From Vitrella brassicaformis CCMP3155 (lineage: Eukaryota > Protista > Chromerida), in assembly GCA_001179505.1 (NCBI GenBank), contig CDMY01001052.1, positions 1-64,000 on the forward strand: 64,000 nucleotides of DNA, written 5' to 3'. Every line of letters begins with the position of its first letter. Within the stretch, counting starts at the first letter, position 1. Shown piece by piece: positions 1 to 11,647 of the stretch. A program made the translations under genes and the position numbers. Below the pieces are notes generated by a model, which was given only the letters and a program-made list of their open reading frames with translations, had not been told where the DNA came from and made no database searches.

Positions 1-65
1 CGCTGGCTCTGACACTCAAGTCGCACTCGGTGATATTCTGGCAGCCGACAAGCCCGTTTGTGTGA
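1..65 (+). CDS. 3' end of an ENT nucleoside transporter paralog (5' part lies outside the window)
   Basis: Bases 3-65 read LALTLKSHSVIFWQPTSPFV-stop and are identical to the reverse complement of the ENT C-terminus at 58288-58352. Confidence 0.85.
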   Translation, partial: LALTLKSHSVIFWQPTSPFV

Positions 66-176
66 GTACTTTAAGGCGGCCGGTAGCTCGTTTCTGTCTG
101 TACCAACCAATGCATTGAGACACGGAAGGGCATTCACCAACTAAGTTGTTTGAATGCATGCTGCATGCTCTTACAT
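1..176. repeat. Inverted repeat copy A (partner at 58181-58352)
   Basis: Manual alignment: first 82 nt identical; 4 substitutions and one 4-nt indel over about 176 nt. Confidence 0.95.
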
Positions 177-374
177 GCAGGGAATCCATTGTCTAGTGAA
201 AGTACCCGGTGGCTGGTGTACGCCGACAGGGCAAGTGTATACAAGGTATGTGACTGGACAGACAGATAGATGCACACACTACCGAATCCCCGTGTGCCAT
301 ACATACACCACACAATAAATGTCATCATGCAGAGACATTTAGCTACACACACCAGCCATCGGTCAGTCTACCTG

Positions 375-762
375 TCAATTGCTGCGCTGGGCTGCACGCA
401 TGTGAAAGTGTGTTGGGGCATAATGGCCGGTCAGGGAGCGTCCCGATGGGGGAGTGATGGATGGGGTGGCGTGAGTGGGCATGGCCGGCCGGATGTGCTG
501 CTGGGGTGTCAGCACCTTCACCCCTTTGTCCGTCTCAATCACATCCACCCAGCAGTGATACACAGGCGTCCCGAGTGACCCGTAGAACCGTGCCAGCTCG
601 GGGGTCACCGGCTGCAGAAAGTGAGGCTGCATCAACACACACACTCCAGGAAACATACACGTGGAAGACGAGCTCCCTCCCTCTCCTCACCCCCAAGAGC
701 GTTTGGTCGACATGGAACAGACGAAAGGGACGCGGAGACACCCCATCGTTTGGTGGATGCAC
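375..762 (-). CDS. Possible small spliced hypothetical protein (5' end unresolved)
   Basis: A GT-AG intron at 660-612 joins ...LLGVRRGRELVFH in frame to PVTPELARFYGSLGTPVYHCWVDVIETDKGVKVLTP...; no family recognised and no clear ATG. Confidence 0.3.
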
Positions 763-1065
763 CTCTCCCAGTGTTATTTGAGGGCCGCCTTTGCCGCGAG
801 TGGCGCCGGCCGGGAGTCCGACGGTCAGCGGGCCTCAACCAACGATTTGCGAAGGGGGCTGAGGCAAGGGAGGGCGAAGGGCGGCGTTGTGGGGATGCAT
901 AACACTGGAGGCGGAAACAGAGTGCACGATGGCTCGTACTCGATTTTTGAGATCGGAAGCGCAGGAGCTGCGATTTCGCTAGTGCAACTCCGACTTCAAA
1001 CGCCTCAAACCTCAAAATTTGAGATTGGCGAGCTCACAGTCTCGAGAAAAGAGGCAGCTTGAAAG

Positions 1066-3066
1066 ATGTCTGCGTTTATGAAGCTTACTCTGATGCTCGT
1101 GGATGAGCACCACTTCGTGGTACGCCTGTCAGTGAGAGTGACAAGCACACACACATCCACTCCACCGCTCTGTCTGCTGCCACGCACAGACACACACACA
1201 CACACACACAGCACCAAGCACAGTGCTCACACACCACAGCCACATGGATCCCCTTCTCCCCCTCTCTCCTCCCGCCCGCCTGTGTGTGTCTGCTGCTTTA
1301 TGTCGGTCGGTTGATGCAGGTCATCAAGGAGATGAGGGACCGCGGCCAACCAGAGGAAGTGCCCCAGGCCGTCCGCACATTCCTGCAGGCAATCAAGGCG
1401 AAGCCAACGCACGCCACACACACCACCCGCAGACACTGCGTGTGTGTGTGTGTGTGTCGCTTCCTTTCAGACCTTGAACCCTCTTGGTATGCGGAATGGC
1501 CGTCAACTTTTCCCACTGAATCGCGCCTGGGATATCGTCACTAAGCTGGTCAACGCATCCGTAAGCCACCCATACACAGAGAGGGAGGGCGGCTGGCATT
1601 TCCACCTGCAGTCCGCCTCTCCTTGTGTGTGCGCCAGGCACTTCGGTGCACCGTGACGTCCATTCCCGACTTTGTGACGAAAACCCTCGAAGCGAAACCG
1701 GTAAGGGCGGCGCGGAAGGAAGCATGAGCTCTCTGTGTGTGTTGAATGAGTGGGCACACAGCAACTCTCTCTCTCCCTCTCTCTCTTGTCAGGTGGCGCC
1801 AAGCCCATCGGAGGTCAACAACTTCCTGGCTGGCCTGCCACAGCCGCTGCGGGGCGACATGAGGCCGTTCCAGGTGTTTCCTGGGTGTGTGTCGATAACG
1901 ACAGGTGCGAGTGCATGTGTGTGTGTGTGTGTCTGCGTCGGTGTGTGTGCAGCGTGAGGGCATCCTTTTTGGTCTGCGGCGGGGCGGGCGCGTGCTGATT
2001 GGGGACGAGATGGTACGGTACATTCTCGCGCACACACAGAGAGAGAGAGGGGTCATTCACAAGGTGCATGTGTGGGTGGCTGTGTGCAGGGGCTGGGGAA
2101 GACGCTGCAGGCCCTGGTGCTAGCCGCCTTCTACTCCAACGAATGGCCCGTGCTGGTCGTCTGCCCCTCAGCAATGTGATATGCGCACAGCCAGCCAGCC
2201 AGCCAGCCAGCCAGAACAGACGAGGGCACCTCCTGATATCTGTGTGTGTGCGTGTGCGACCTTTCAGTCGTTTCCAGTGGCGCGACCAGGCGAAGATGTG
2301 GCTGCACAATCTGGTGGACGAGAACAAGGTGTGCGTCATCAAGACGGGCAAGTGCAAGGTGCCCTCCGAGGCCAGGATTGTCATCGTATCTTACACCCTG
2401 CTGGCGATGAAGAACAACGAGCGGTTCCGCAGGACGTCCAACGACCGGCCATACCAGGTGGTGGTCGCTGATGAGAGCCACTACATCAAGTGGGTTTGTC
2501 AGCTACACAGCACAACACACACGCAGCTGCCTGACTGTGTTGTGTTGTGTTGTGTGTGTCCGCAGGTCGTGGAAGGCGCAGCGGACCAAAGTGGTCCGGA
2601 AAACACAGAGCACACACACCCAACACGAAGGAGAAAACGTCTCACCATGGACGTGTGTGTGTGTGTGTGTGCGTGTGTGTCACTCGGATTGGTCTTGGTC
2701 GGTCGGTCGGTCAGATGGTGCCGATCCTGAAGGATGCGAAGCGCTGCATCCTCCTCTCCGGCACAGCAATGCTCAGCCAACCAGACGAGCTCTTCCCGCA
2801 GATCGACGCCGTGCTCTTCCCAGCCCACGGGGCACTGGTCGGTCAGATAGACACTTACTTAGAAAGATCAGATCCACCTCGTGGGCTCGATGTTGCGGTG
2901 CAGAGTTACAATGGGCAGTATTGGAACCACTCGAAGTTTGAGAATCGTTATTGCGTCATGGAGGAGAACCCTTTCGCGCCGGTGCGGGTCATGCGCTGTA
3001 CGGGAGCGAAACACGACACCGAATTGCATGCCTGGCTGACCAGCAGAGTGCGTGTCCACACACTCA

Positions 3067-3104
<38 letters not shown>

Positions 3105-4783
3105 AACAAACGACAGACAGCTTGCTTGGTGGGCAGGCAAGTGTTCGTGTCTGTCTGCAGGTGATGGTCCGCCGCCTCAAGAAGGACGTGCAGAAGGACC
3201 TCCCCCCCAAGATCAAGACAGATGTGCCAATCGAGGTGCGCCGGCCGGGGAGGGAGACGGTCACCTCCACACCCCCTCTCTCTCTCTCTGGGTGTGTGTG
3301 TGTCACAGGGCGAGAAGAGGCTGTGCAGCCAAATCACGGCCAGCCTTGAGAGGGAGCGGTTGACGGAGATGGACGACGACGAGCTCATCGACCACTTCAA
3401 GCGGCACGACCCCACCATCACCAACGCCTACACCGCCACGGCAGAGGCCAAGCAGAAGGCCGTGTGGGAGTACATCGACTACCTTTACGACAGCATCGAC
3501 CACAAGTTCTTGGTCTTTGCGCACCACAAGAAGCTGATCGACTTCCTCGTCGACAAGTTCGAGAAGAAGTTCAAACCGGTGTGTGTGTGTGTGTGTGTGT
3601 GCANNNNNNNNNNNNNNNNNNNNNNNNNNNNNNNNNNNNNNNNNNNNNNNNNNNNNNNNNNNNNNNNNNNNNNNNNNNNNNNNNNNNNNNNNNNNNNNNN
3701 NNNNNNNNNNNNNNNNNNNNNNNNNNNNNNNNNNNNNNNNNNNNNNNNNNNNNNNNNNNNNNNNNNNNNNNNNNNNNNNNNNNNNNNNNNNNNNNNNNNN
3801 NNNNNNNNNNNNNNNNNNNNNNNNNNNNNNNNNNNNNNNNNNNNNNNNNNNNNNNNNNNNNNNNNNNNNNNNNNNNNNNNNNNNNNNNNNNNNNNNNNNN
3901 NNNGCTCCTCTCCTTACTCGTGTGTGTGTGTGTGTGTGTGTGCAGGGGGGGTACATCCGCGTAGACGGCGGGACGGCCATGAGCAGCCGTGAAGGGCTCG
4001 TCAAGAAGTTCCAGGAAGAGGAGAAATGCCGGGTCAGTCAGTGGGTCACTGGGGGGGTGGGTGCTTGAGCCACACACAAATGCACGTCTGTCTGCGTGTG
4101 TTGTGTGTGTGTTCAGGTGGCTTTGCTGTCCATCACGGCATGTGGCCAGGGCCTCAATCTGACCGCTGCGGGCACAGTGGTGTTTGCAGAGCTGTACTGG
4201 GTACGGTACACAGCCATGCGTCGGTGGGTGTGGGTGTGGGTGTGGGTGTGTCCAACTGTGTGTGTTACATAGATCCCCGGTATTATGCAGCAGGCTGAGG
4301 ACAGAGCGCACCGCATCGGCTCCAACCACCAGTCGATCAACGTCCACTACCTCATCGCTGAGGTTTGTCTGCCCGGCACACAAGAGTGAGTGGCTCACGC
4401 ACACAGATGTGTGTGTGGATGGATGGATGCAGGGCACGATTGACCGGCTGATGAGGGGCGTGTTGGAGAGGAAGTGGCGGACCTCAACCTCGGTCCTCGA
4501 TGGACAGGTAGGGTACGGTACGCCATTCCAGCCATCACCCATGTAACGCTCCACTACTGGCAGCCATGCCATGCCATGCCTCGTTCTTCTGCGTGGGTTT
4601 GGGCGTCTTGTCTGTCTGTCTCAGTCGCAGCCCTTCAACTTATACAACACCGCCACCCCCACCTTCAAGCCAAACCCCCTCAAGCGGCTGCTGTCAGAGG
4701 GCCCGCAGACCGCCGCCGACTGTCACACCGCCCAGCCGTCTTCAAGTGCGGAGGGGGCGAAGCGGCACCGCTACGACGACTAG
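1066..4783 (+). CDS. SMARCAL1/ZRANB3-like SNF2-family annealing helicase (multi-exon, spans a gap)
   Basis: Spliced motifs [16 protein letters not shown] (Walker A), [79 protein letters not shown]; stop after KRHRYDD. Confidence 0.92.
3604..3903. other. Assembly gap (300 N) inside a helicase intron
   Basis: Exactly 300 N flanked by (TG)n. Confidence 0.99.
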
Positions 4784-5974
4784 ACTCCCAGTCGGATGCG
4801 ATCGATCCACCGAGATGTGGAGAGCCGGGATTTGTCCCTGTTGATGCGGGTGGGGGCGAGAGGGTGGCTATGGTCGGTGGGTGGATAGGTGGGTGCGGTG
4901 TCTATCGGTCGTCTCGTCTTGTGTGTGGCTGGACTGACTGTCGTCGGTGGGAGGGAGATGTGTAACAAAGTGCATGGGTGTGACAAATAAATGTCGTGTG
5001 TGTGTTTTGTGTCGCTGCAAGTAGGTGTGCATAGAGCGTGTCAGAGCGTGTCAGTCAGGGAGCTCATGGATGCATCGATGTGCTGGCTTATGATGCAGAC
5101 ACACGTCATCTGATGACACCACACACGCTGGTCGACGCTGTCAAGTCACTTCTCCACTCGCAAAGGAAGCAGCGTTTGGGGTGTCGATCTGTAAATCGTT
5201 ACATTGTTCACACACACTACACAGCTAGTGCGGTCGCTTCGCGCATCCATGCATCCATCCATCCATTTGTGCAGCCCCAGAGCCTAGTGCACAACCCCAC
5301 TGACTGACTGACTACACACACACACAGAGAGAGAGAGACACCCGGGCACACACATATGGTAATCCATACCACTGACTGTCCCCTACCACAGCCCCTCTCT
5401 CCCTCCCTTCCTCTCTCCCTCCCTCATTCATCACGTCTCGCCGAGCGGTGTGTTTCTTGCTGTCTGTCTCTGTCTCACTCGAACAAATTCCCCCCCAGAT
5501 ATGCCGTCTCTGCCTCCAGGCGTTGTATGCAGGTATGTATGTGGCTGTGTGGCCGCCATCCATCCATCCATCCATATATGGTGTGTGACCTGCATGAAGG
5601 CAAGCAGTGGATGGATGGATGGAGAAAAATACTGATCAGCCAGGTAGATAGATAGCACTATGTATGTGTGTATGTCCACATGGACATACATACGCAGGCA
5701 GTTCGGGCGGGCAAGAAAGAAAGCGCCGTCGCAAGAGCGAGCGATCTAGTAAACAATCCCAGACAACCAACCGTTACCCACCAAAAACTTGCATTAAGGA
5801 CGGCAGACAGACGGACACACGGACGGACGGACGGACGGACGCACAGCCCCCCCTGAGTATGCCAACAGGCGATCAAACTCGTAGATGCCCCACCCACCTC
5901 CCTCCCTCCCTCCCTCCCTGACTCCCTCGAATCCCCATCCCCTGGCAGCCATCCCCCCGTCTACACCTACCCCC

Positions 5975-7327
5975 CTACCGAGCCCCCCTGACATAGTAGT
6001 CCAAAGTCTCGTCAGGCGCGTTCCTCATGTAGACGCCGAGCGTCTCGTCCTCCTGCACTCCCTGGTCGACCTCATCCATGTCGTCGTCATCCTCACCCTC
6101 ACCCTCGCCCTCTCGCCGCCACGTCTGCGTCTCGCCCTCGTCCGCTCGCAGCAGCAGCGGGGAAGATGCCGGCACCTTCCTGGCGATCTTCTCGGCTGCC
6201 TGCTTCACGGCCTGCACACCCACACCCACCCCCCCACACAGACAAGTGGGCTGACACGAATGCGTGTGTGTGTGTGTGTGTGACTGAGTACCTTGAGGTT
6301 TGTGGGTACGTCTTCCTTGATTCTCCACTCGAGGGCCATGACGGGCACCGGGCCCTTGGGCCGCACCGTGACGACGTAGAAGAGCTTCGTGGTGTAGCTG
6401 ATCTCGTCGTCGCCCGTGGCAGGGTGGCGGCGGACCCTGCGCGTGTGCGCCTGGATCTTCCACTCGCCGTCGAACTGAGAGAAAAACTGCGAGTCGGCCA
6501 GCTTGAACTCTATTAGACGAGGCGCCATGCGGTTCTCAGGATCACCTGAATCAACACACACACACACACACGCATTCAGATTGACGGCCTGTCAGTCAGT
6601 CAGTTTTCCTCCCTCACCGAGCACTTCTCTCATGTCCATGGTGACGGCCGCCCTGAAGTCGAAGCCGATGATCTTCTGCGCGCCCTCCTGGTAGAGGCGC
6701 ATCTGCCACATGTCGTCGCCATTGAGGCCGCTCGAGGCAAGTGACCGCGGCAGCGGCACCCGCTGGCTCACCACAAGGTTGGGCACGTGCGCCGCCAAGT
6801 TGTCGTAGTCCGTCAGGATGGACCAGCAGTCCTCCATGCTCGTGTCCACTATCACAGACCTGAAGTGAAGCATGCACACGGACAGACGAAGCGACGGATG
6901 CCGATGCCAGCTTGTCTGTCTGTCTGTCTGCGCGCACAGCTCACCCACTAATCCTCCTGACATTGGCAGCGGGCCTCTCGATGTTCACCGACACACTATC
7001 CTCCGTGTCCAACATCGCCCGACGCCTGAACGTCGTCAGACCCAACCGAACCGCATCCCCCCTGCCCATCTCCTCGTCCACACTCGGTCCAACAGAAGCG
7101 GGGGCCAGAGGTGCCCGCAGCACACGCAGCTGCCCACGGGTGTGTTGTGAAAGCGACGGCCGCCTGGCTGGCAGGGGCAGGTCGCCGTTGATGAATCCAT
7201 CAGATAAGGACCGCCTCGCTGGCGATGAGAGGAAGCCGCGTGGTGATCCGCGTGTTGAGAAGAAGCTGCAGAGGAGGGTTGTGAGGGGGAGGGGAGAGAG
7301 GAGAGAGGGCAGGTGCCCTCTGCTCAT
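5975..7327 (-). CDS. START/polyketide-cyclase (Polyketide_cyc / COQ10-like) domain protein, possibly plastid-targeted
   Basis: Spliced VRRISG-SVIVDTSMEDCWSILTDYDNLAAHVPNL...LYQEGAQKIIGFDFRAAV...IEFKLADSQFFSQFDGEWKI...LFYVVTVRPKGPVPVMALEWRIKEDVPTNLK; an alternative upstream ATG lies at 7435. Confidence 0.82.
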
Positions 7328-7848
7328 GCGTGTAGGACGCCTCTGAGTCGGTGGTCTTGGTTGCGGTGCGGATGAGGCTTCGTCAGATGCCGGAGGCGAT
7401 GAGGCCGGATCTTCGCTCCTCCGCTCCATTTCCATTGACGGATAAGAGGAAGAAATAACTGAGCTGCGGGACGGTGTTAATGCCGCCATGGACACAGGCA
7501 GGGCCACTGCTGTCTTCGGCCCTGCTAGGTCCACTGATGTCGAAGGGGACGAAAATGGATCTTGCAGATTATAGATACGCACTCCTCCTCAAAGAATGCA
7601 CCCACCAAGCTCAAATTCCCTTCTTCAGGAGGGGGCACTGTCTATGCGAGCTCGCCAGCCAGTGTGATCGCGAGCTCGCAGATCTCCAGCGTGACATCTT
7701 CTCCCCTGTGTGTGCCCGCAAACGCCAGAGCTACTCGTATCTGAAAACGCAGCTGTCTCGCTCGTCCTGCCGAAGGAGATCCGCTCCCTGCCTGTGTGTC
7801 GAGTGGGTTCCGCCGCTCTGTCGAATGCAGTGAAGGAGTGAGGCCGAG

Positions 7849-10059
7849 ATGGGGTCAAGGAGAAGCAGGGCCACCCGGAGCGGTGCCGCCCCGGTGCACT
7901 TCAACATCAGCAAGGGCGAGGGGGCGTTCAAGGATGTGTCGTCCCTCTCCCAACCCCTCCAGTGGGCGGCATACCTCCTCCCCATCGCCGTCGTGGCCCT
8001 CACCGAAGGCATACAGCTCGTCGTGTGCGCCATCCTGCGGTCGGCACTCATGAGACACTACGCCCAGACCGACCGAGCCGCCAGCCTTCTGAGCGCCCTC
8101 CCGCTGGCCGTCTGGCTGCTCAAACCCTTCATGGGAATGGCTCTTGACGCCTTCGGCTACATGGGGGAGTACCGGCGGCCTGCCCTCGTCATGACAGGTC
8201 TCTCGGCGTTCCTGTCGCTGTCGTCACTGCTGTTCGTCATCACCCACCCCACTGCCTTTGGCGACACCATGCTGCCCGTCCTCTCGTCGGCCTTGTATGC
8301 CTCAGCCGGCCTGGCGACGCTCACCACAGCGTCGGAGGCCATCACGCTGCAGCGTGCGAGGCAGCAGACGGCCGGTGGGGCGGCCTGGACCTTCTCGGTG
8401 TCCATGGCGGGCCGTGCTGTGGGCCTGTCCTTGGCGATTTTGATGTCTAGCCTTCCCCTGAGTGCTGCTGCCGAGAGCTCGGTTCTCGGGTTCGTGTCGC
8501 TGGTCCCTCTGTGCATCAGCTTCGCGGCGTCGCTATTTAACGAGAGGACGCTCTTGACGTGCGATGGGGTGCCGACGAGAGCTGTGTCGAACCTCACCCT
8601 CTCCTTGGACAAGGATGGCCTGCCCGTGCCAGCAGGTGACACACACACACATGCCGCCGTAAGGAGAGAGAGAGAGGCAGGTCCGATTTCCCTTCTAACG
8701 TCATTTGTGGGTTGTGTGTTTCCCTCTCTGTGTGCTGTGCTGTCAGCTCCCCGGAGCAAGCCTCTGCGGGAGGTGTGGCGCTCCCTGAGCGACTACTACC
8801 GACACGTGGCGGTGGTGGGGTCCCTGACCTACCTCTTCCTTATGGTGGCGGTCCCCGATGTGCGCCCGCACATGACGGATCTGCTGGGCGATCGGTTCAA
8901 CTGGCCGACCGTACTCGACGCATACCTGCCCTTCCTCGCGCAACTCGCCAGACTCGCCGGAGTGGCGCTGTTTCAGGTGCGTAGGTGTGATGGTCGTCAA
9001 GGAGGAGACCGGAAGCAACATAGAGTCATCTCTTTCCCTCTCTGTCTCTTTCTCTCTGCGTGCGTCGGCGCGCGTGTGTGTGTGTGTGTTCAGGTTACTC
9101 TGTACAAGCTGCCCTTCCGCACTCTAGGAGGTCTGTCGACGGTGGCGTCCATCCTGCCCAAGGCAGCCCTCGCCCTCCTCCTGCACCCCGCCTCCCCCCT
9201 CACCCTCCCAGCCCACTCGGCGTCAGGGACGCTCCAGTGGCTGCTCCTCATCGATACCGCCCTCTCAACCATCGCGTGTGAGGCGCTCTTCCTGCGGCTG
9301 CTGCTGCTCGGCTGCCGGCTGTGTCCAGAGGGGCTGGAAGCGACCGGCTTCTCGACCGTGGCGGCTGTGAGCACTCTCGGTGCTTGGGCGGCGAGGGGCG
9401 GAGGGGGGCTGGTGATGCAGCAGCTGGGTGTGGCGACCTGGGAGGGGCTGTGGCTCACACAGGTGGTCATCATGGCGGCTTACCTGCTGCCCACGCTGGC
9501 AGGGGTGCGGGTGGTGACCGATGTGGAGGCCTACGACTTCTCGCCAAGCGATGTGGACGACGACGAGTCGACTCGTGACCATACCAGCAGTGGCGTCGGC
9601 TCCGAGACATCGCCGCTGATCCTCCCAACCCCCGAGGTCAACGCGTTTCACCACCACCACCACGGCAGCAGCAGACGCCCCTTCGCCGCGCTCACCCACT
9701 CGTCGGTGCTGTCGTCCCCCTCCTCCTGCACAAGCATCAGCAGCCGGGACGACGACATGAGTCCATCGCCCCTCAAGGCCCCCGAGGTGCCGCAATACGG
9801 GTCGATGGCGGCCAACGACCGAAGGAAGCGGCCGCAGCGGAGCTCTGCGCGCAAGAGCAGTGGGAGAAGGGTCGGGGGCGAGGGCAAGGCTAACAACACT
9901 GAGGAGAGCAATGCCGATCAGCAGTGGGTGATTGTCGAGGACACGGTGCCGCGAGGCAAAGCCTACCGCGGTAGCCACCACCACCACCACCACGCTACGC
10001 CGTTTGGGAAGTTTCCCACCATTCGTGACGTCGACTGGGCCACCAATGCGACACTGTGA
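7849..10059 (+). CDS. BT1-family folate/biopterin transporter (MFS-like)
   Basis: 736-aa ORF with many hydrophobic segments and the motif WLLKPFMGMALDAFGYMGEYRRP; LCPEGLEATGFS resembles the BT1 C-terminal half; probable in-frame introns near 8635-8746 and 8977-9092. Confidence 0.85.
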   Translation: MGSRRSRATRSGAAPVHFNISKGEGAFKDVSSLSQPLQWAAYLLPIAVVALTEGIQLVVCAILRSALMRHYAQTDRAASLLSALPLAVWLLKPFMGMALDAFGYMGEYRRPALVMTGLSAFLSLSSLLFVITHPTAFGDTMLPVLSSALYASAGLATLTTASEAITLQRARQQTAGGAAWTFSVSMAGRAVGLSLAILMSSLPLSAAAESSVLGFVSLVPLCISFAASLFNERTLLTCDGVPTRAVSNLTLSLDKDGLPVPAGDTHTHAAVRREREAGPISLLTSFVGCVFPSLCAVLSAPRSKPLREVWRSLSDYYRHVAVVGSLTYLFLMVAVPDVRPHMTDLLGDRFNWPTVLDAYLPFLAQLARLAGVALFQVRRCDGRQGGDRKQHRVISFPLCLFLSACVGARVCVCVQVTLYKLPFRTLGGLSTVASILPKAALALLLHPASPLTLPAHSASGTLQWLLLIDTALSTIACEALFLRLLLLGCRLCPEGLEATGFSTVAAVSTLGAWAARGGGGLVMQQLGVATWEGLWLTQVVIMAAYLLPTLAGVRVVTDVEAYDFSPSDVDDDESTRDHTSSGVGSETSPLILPTPEVNAFHHHHHGSSRRPFAALTHSSVLSSPSSCTSISSRDDDMSPSPLKAPEVPQYGSMAANDRRKRPQRSSARKSSGRRVGGEGKANNTEESNADQQWVIVEDTVPRGKAYRGSHHHHHHATPFGKFPTIRDVDWATNATL

Positions 10060-11647
10060 GTGAGAGGGGGGAGGGAGGGAGAGAGATGGACATGTGTGTG
10101 TGTGTGTGTGTCTGTCTGGGTGCCTGTTTGTTTGGATGGATGGGATGAGTGTGGGGATTGTTCTATCTACTCATGGAGTGAGTTTATGCGATTCTTTGTC
10201 TGAGCGAGTGGCGGGCGGGAGGGCGAGCGACTGACTGACTGACTGACTAAGTGGGTTGGGTTTCTGTGTTGGTTGGTTGGTTGGTTGGTCGTCCATTTTT
10301 CATTTCTTCTGTCACATCACATGCGTAGTGAGATGGCGACACCATACAGACACACGCAGATCAGTATGTATCTCCTTACCTTTCCATCCATCCATCCATC
10401 CCTAATGCTTGGTCTGTCTGTCTGTTTGTCTGTTTGTCTGCCTGCCTGATTGGCTCGACGGACGGGAGAGAGGGTCGGGGAGGGGAGGGGAGCGTCTCAG
10501 TTCATTCAGTCTGGGCGTAGGGCAGCTGCCAAGAGCTGTGTGTGCACCTCACTGACTGTCTGTCTGGCTGTCCGTCTCTGTGTGTGAGCGCATCGGTGCT
10601 CATCACATGTGTGTGATCAGAGGGAGAGGGAGAGGGGGTGGGCGAAGTGGTGAGTGAGTGAGTGAGAGTGAGTCCGTCATCGGATGACCGCCTCACCATT
10701 TTTAACGAAGAAACGAACGATCGGAAGACTGATGGCGGTTGGTTGGTTTGGTTGGTTAACGAAGGACGGCACGTCTCTCTCAGTAGGAGAGGGCACCCAC
10801 ACGCATCCCTCCATATGCCTCCCTCCCTGTCTGTCTGTCTCCCTCCCTCATCATCATCTGTACACTACCCTCTCCAGCCTGGCTGTGGTGGCCCTTCTGC
10901 GGCCCTCTGTTTTTGCCCCTCTCAGTCTCTCTCTCTCTCTCTCTCTCCCCACGCAAGCAGATTCTGACGTAGAAAGGCAGACCCATGCACACGCAGACGT
11001 AGAGGAGGTGCACCATATGATTTTTGGCCACCGAGGCAGGCAGGCAGGCAAAGCCCGTTTGATTGACAGATCCGATCGATCAACCACAGCCACAACCACA
11101 CCACAGCACGGGCGAGTGTTTGGTTGTGTTGAGGTTGCCTCGCGTGGACAGACACGATAGACTCCTTCCTGTGATGATAAGCGGTGTGGTGTGTCTTGAC
11201 TGACTGACGCATTTGAGAGCGAGTGGATGGAGGCGTCCGCAGATCAATCAAGGGGGAGGGAATCAATCAATGATCAACATACACACACACAACCTTGACC
11301 TGGTACAATCGCTCAACCACTGAACAACACGGAAAGTCGCTGTCTGTCTGTCTGGGTAAGTGGCTACTCGACACATGGATCACTCATCGACACACACGCA
11401 CAAACACGTTCCCGCGGCTCACTCAGCACATCACCGCTCCCTCACACACACACACACGCACACAACCTCTTTCTCAGAGAGAGGGAAACAGACAAAGAGG
11501 CCACAAACGGCGCACACGGACGGAAAAAACATCGACGCGGCCGCCGTGGACAGCGCCATGAAAGCGCTTGCTTCACGACAACAGAGAGGGAGGGCGACAG
11601 AGGGGGACGGAAGGGGAGGGCCAAATACGACCGACCCATCGACCAGC

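Noticed and set aside
661-1062. 133-aa plus-strand ORF as a gene or upstream helicase exon
   Set aside because: It has no recognisable motifs, ends 4 bp before the helicase ATG, and overlaps a better spliced candidate on the other strand.
3222-4572. Long ORFs crossing N runs (also at 22.8-23.9 kb and 51.7-52.3 kb)
   Set aside because: These are artefacts of translating through fixed 300-N gap placeholders.
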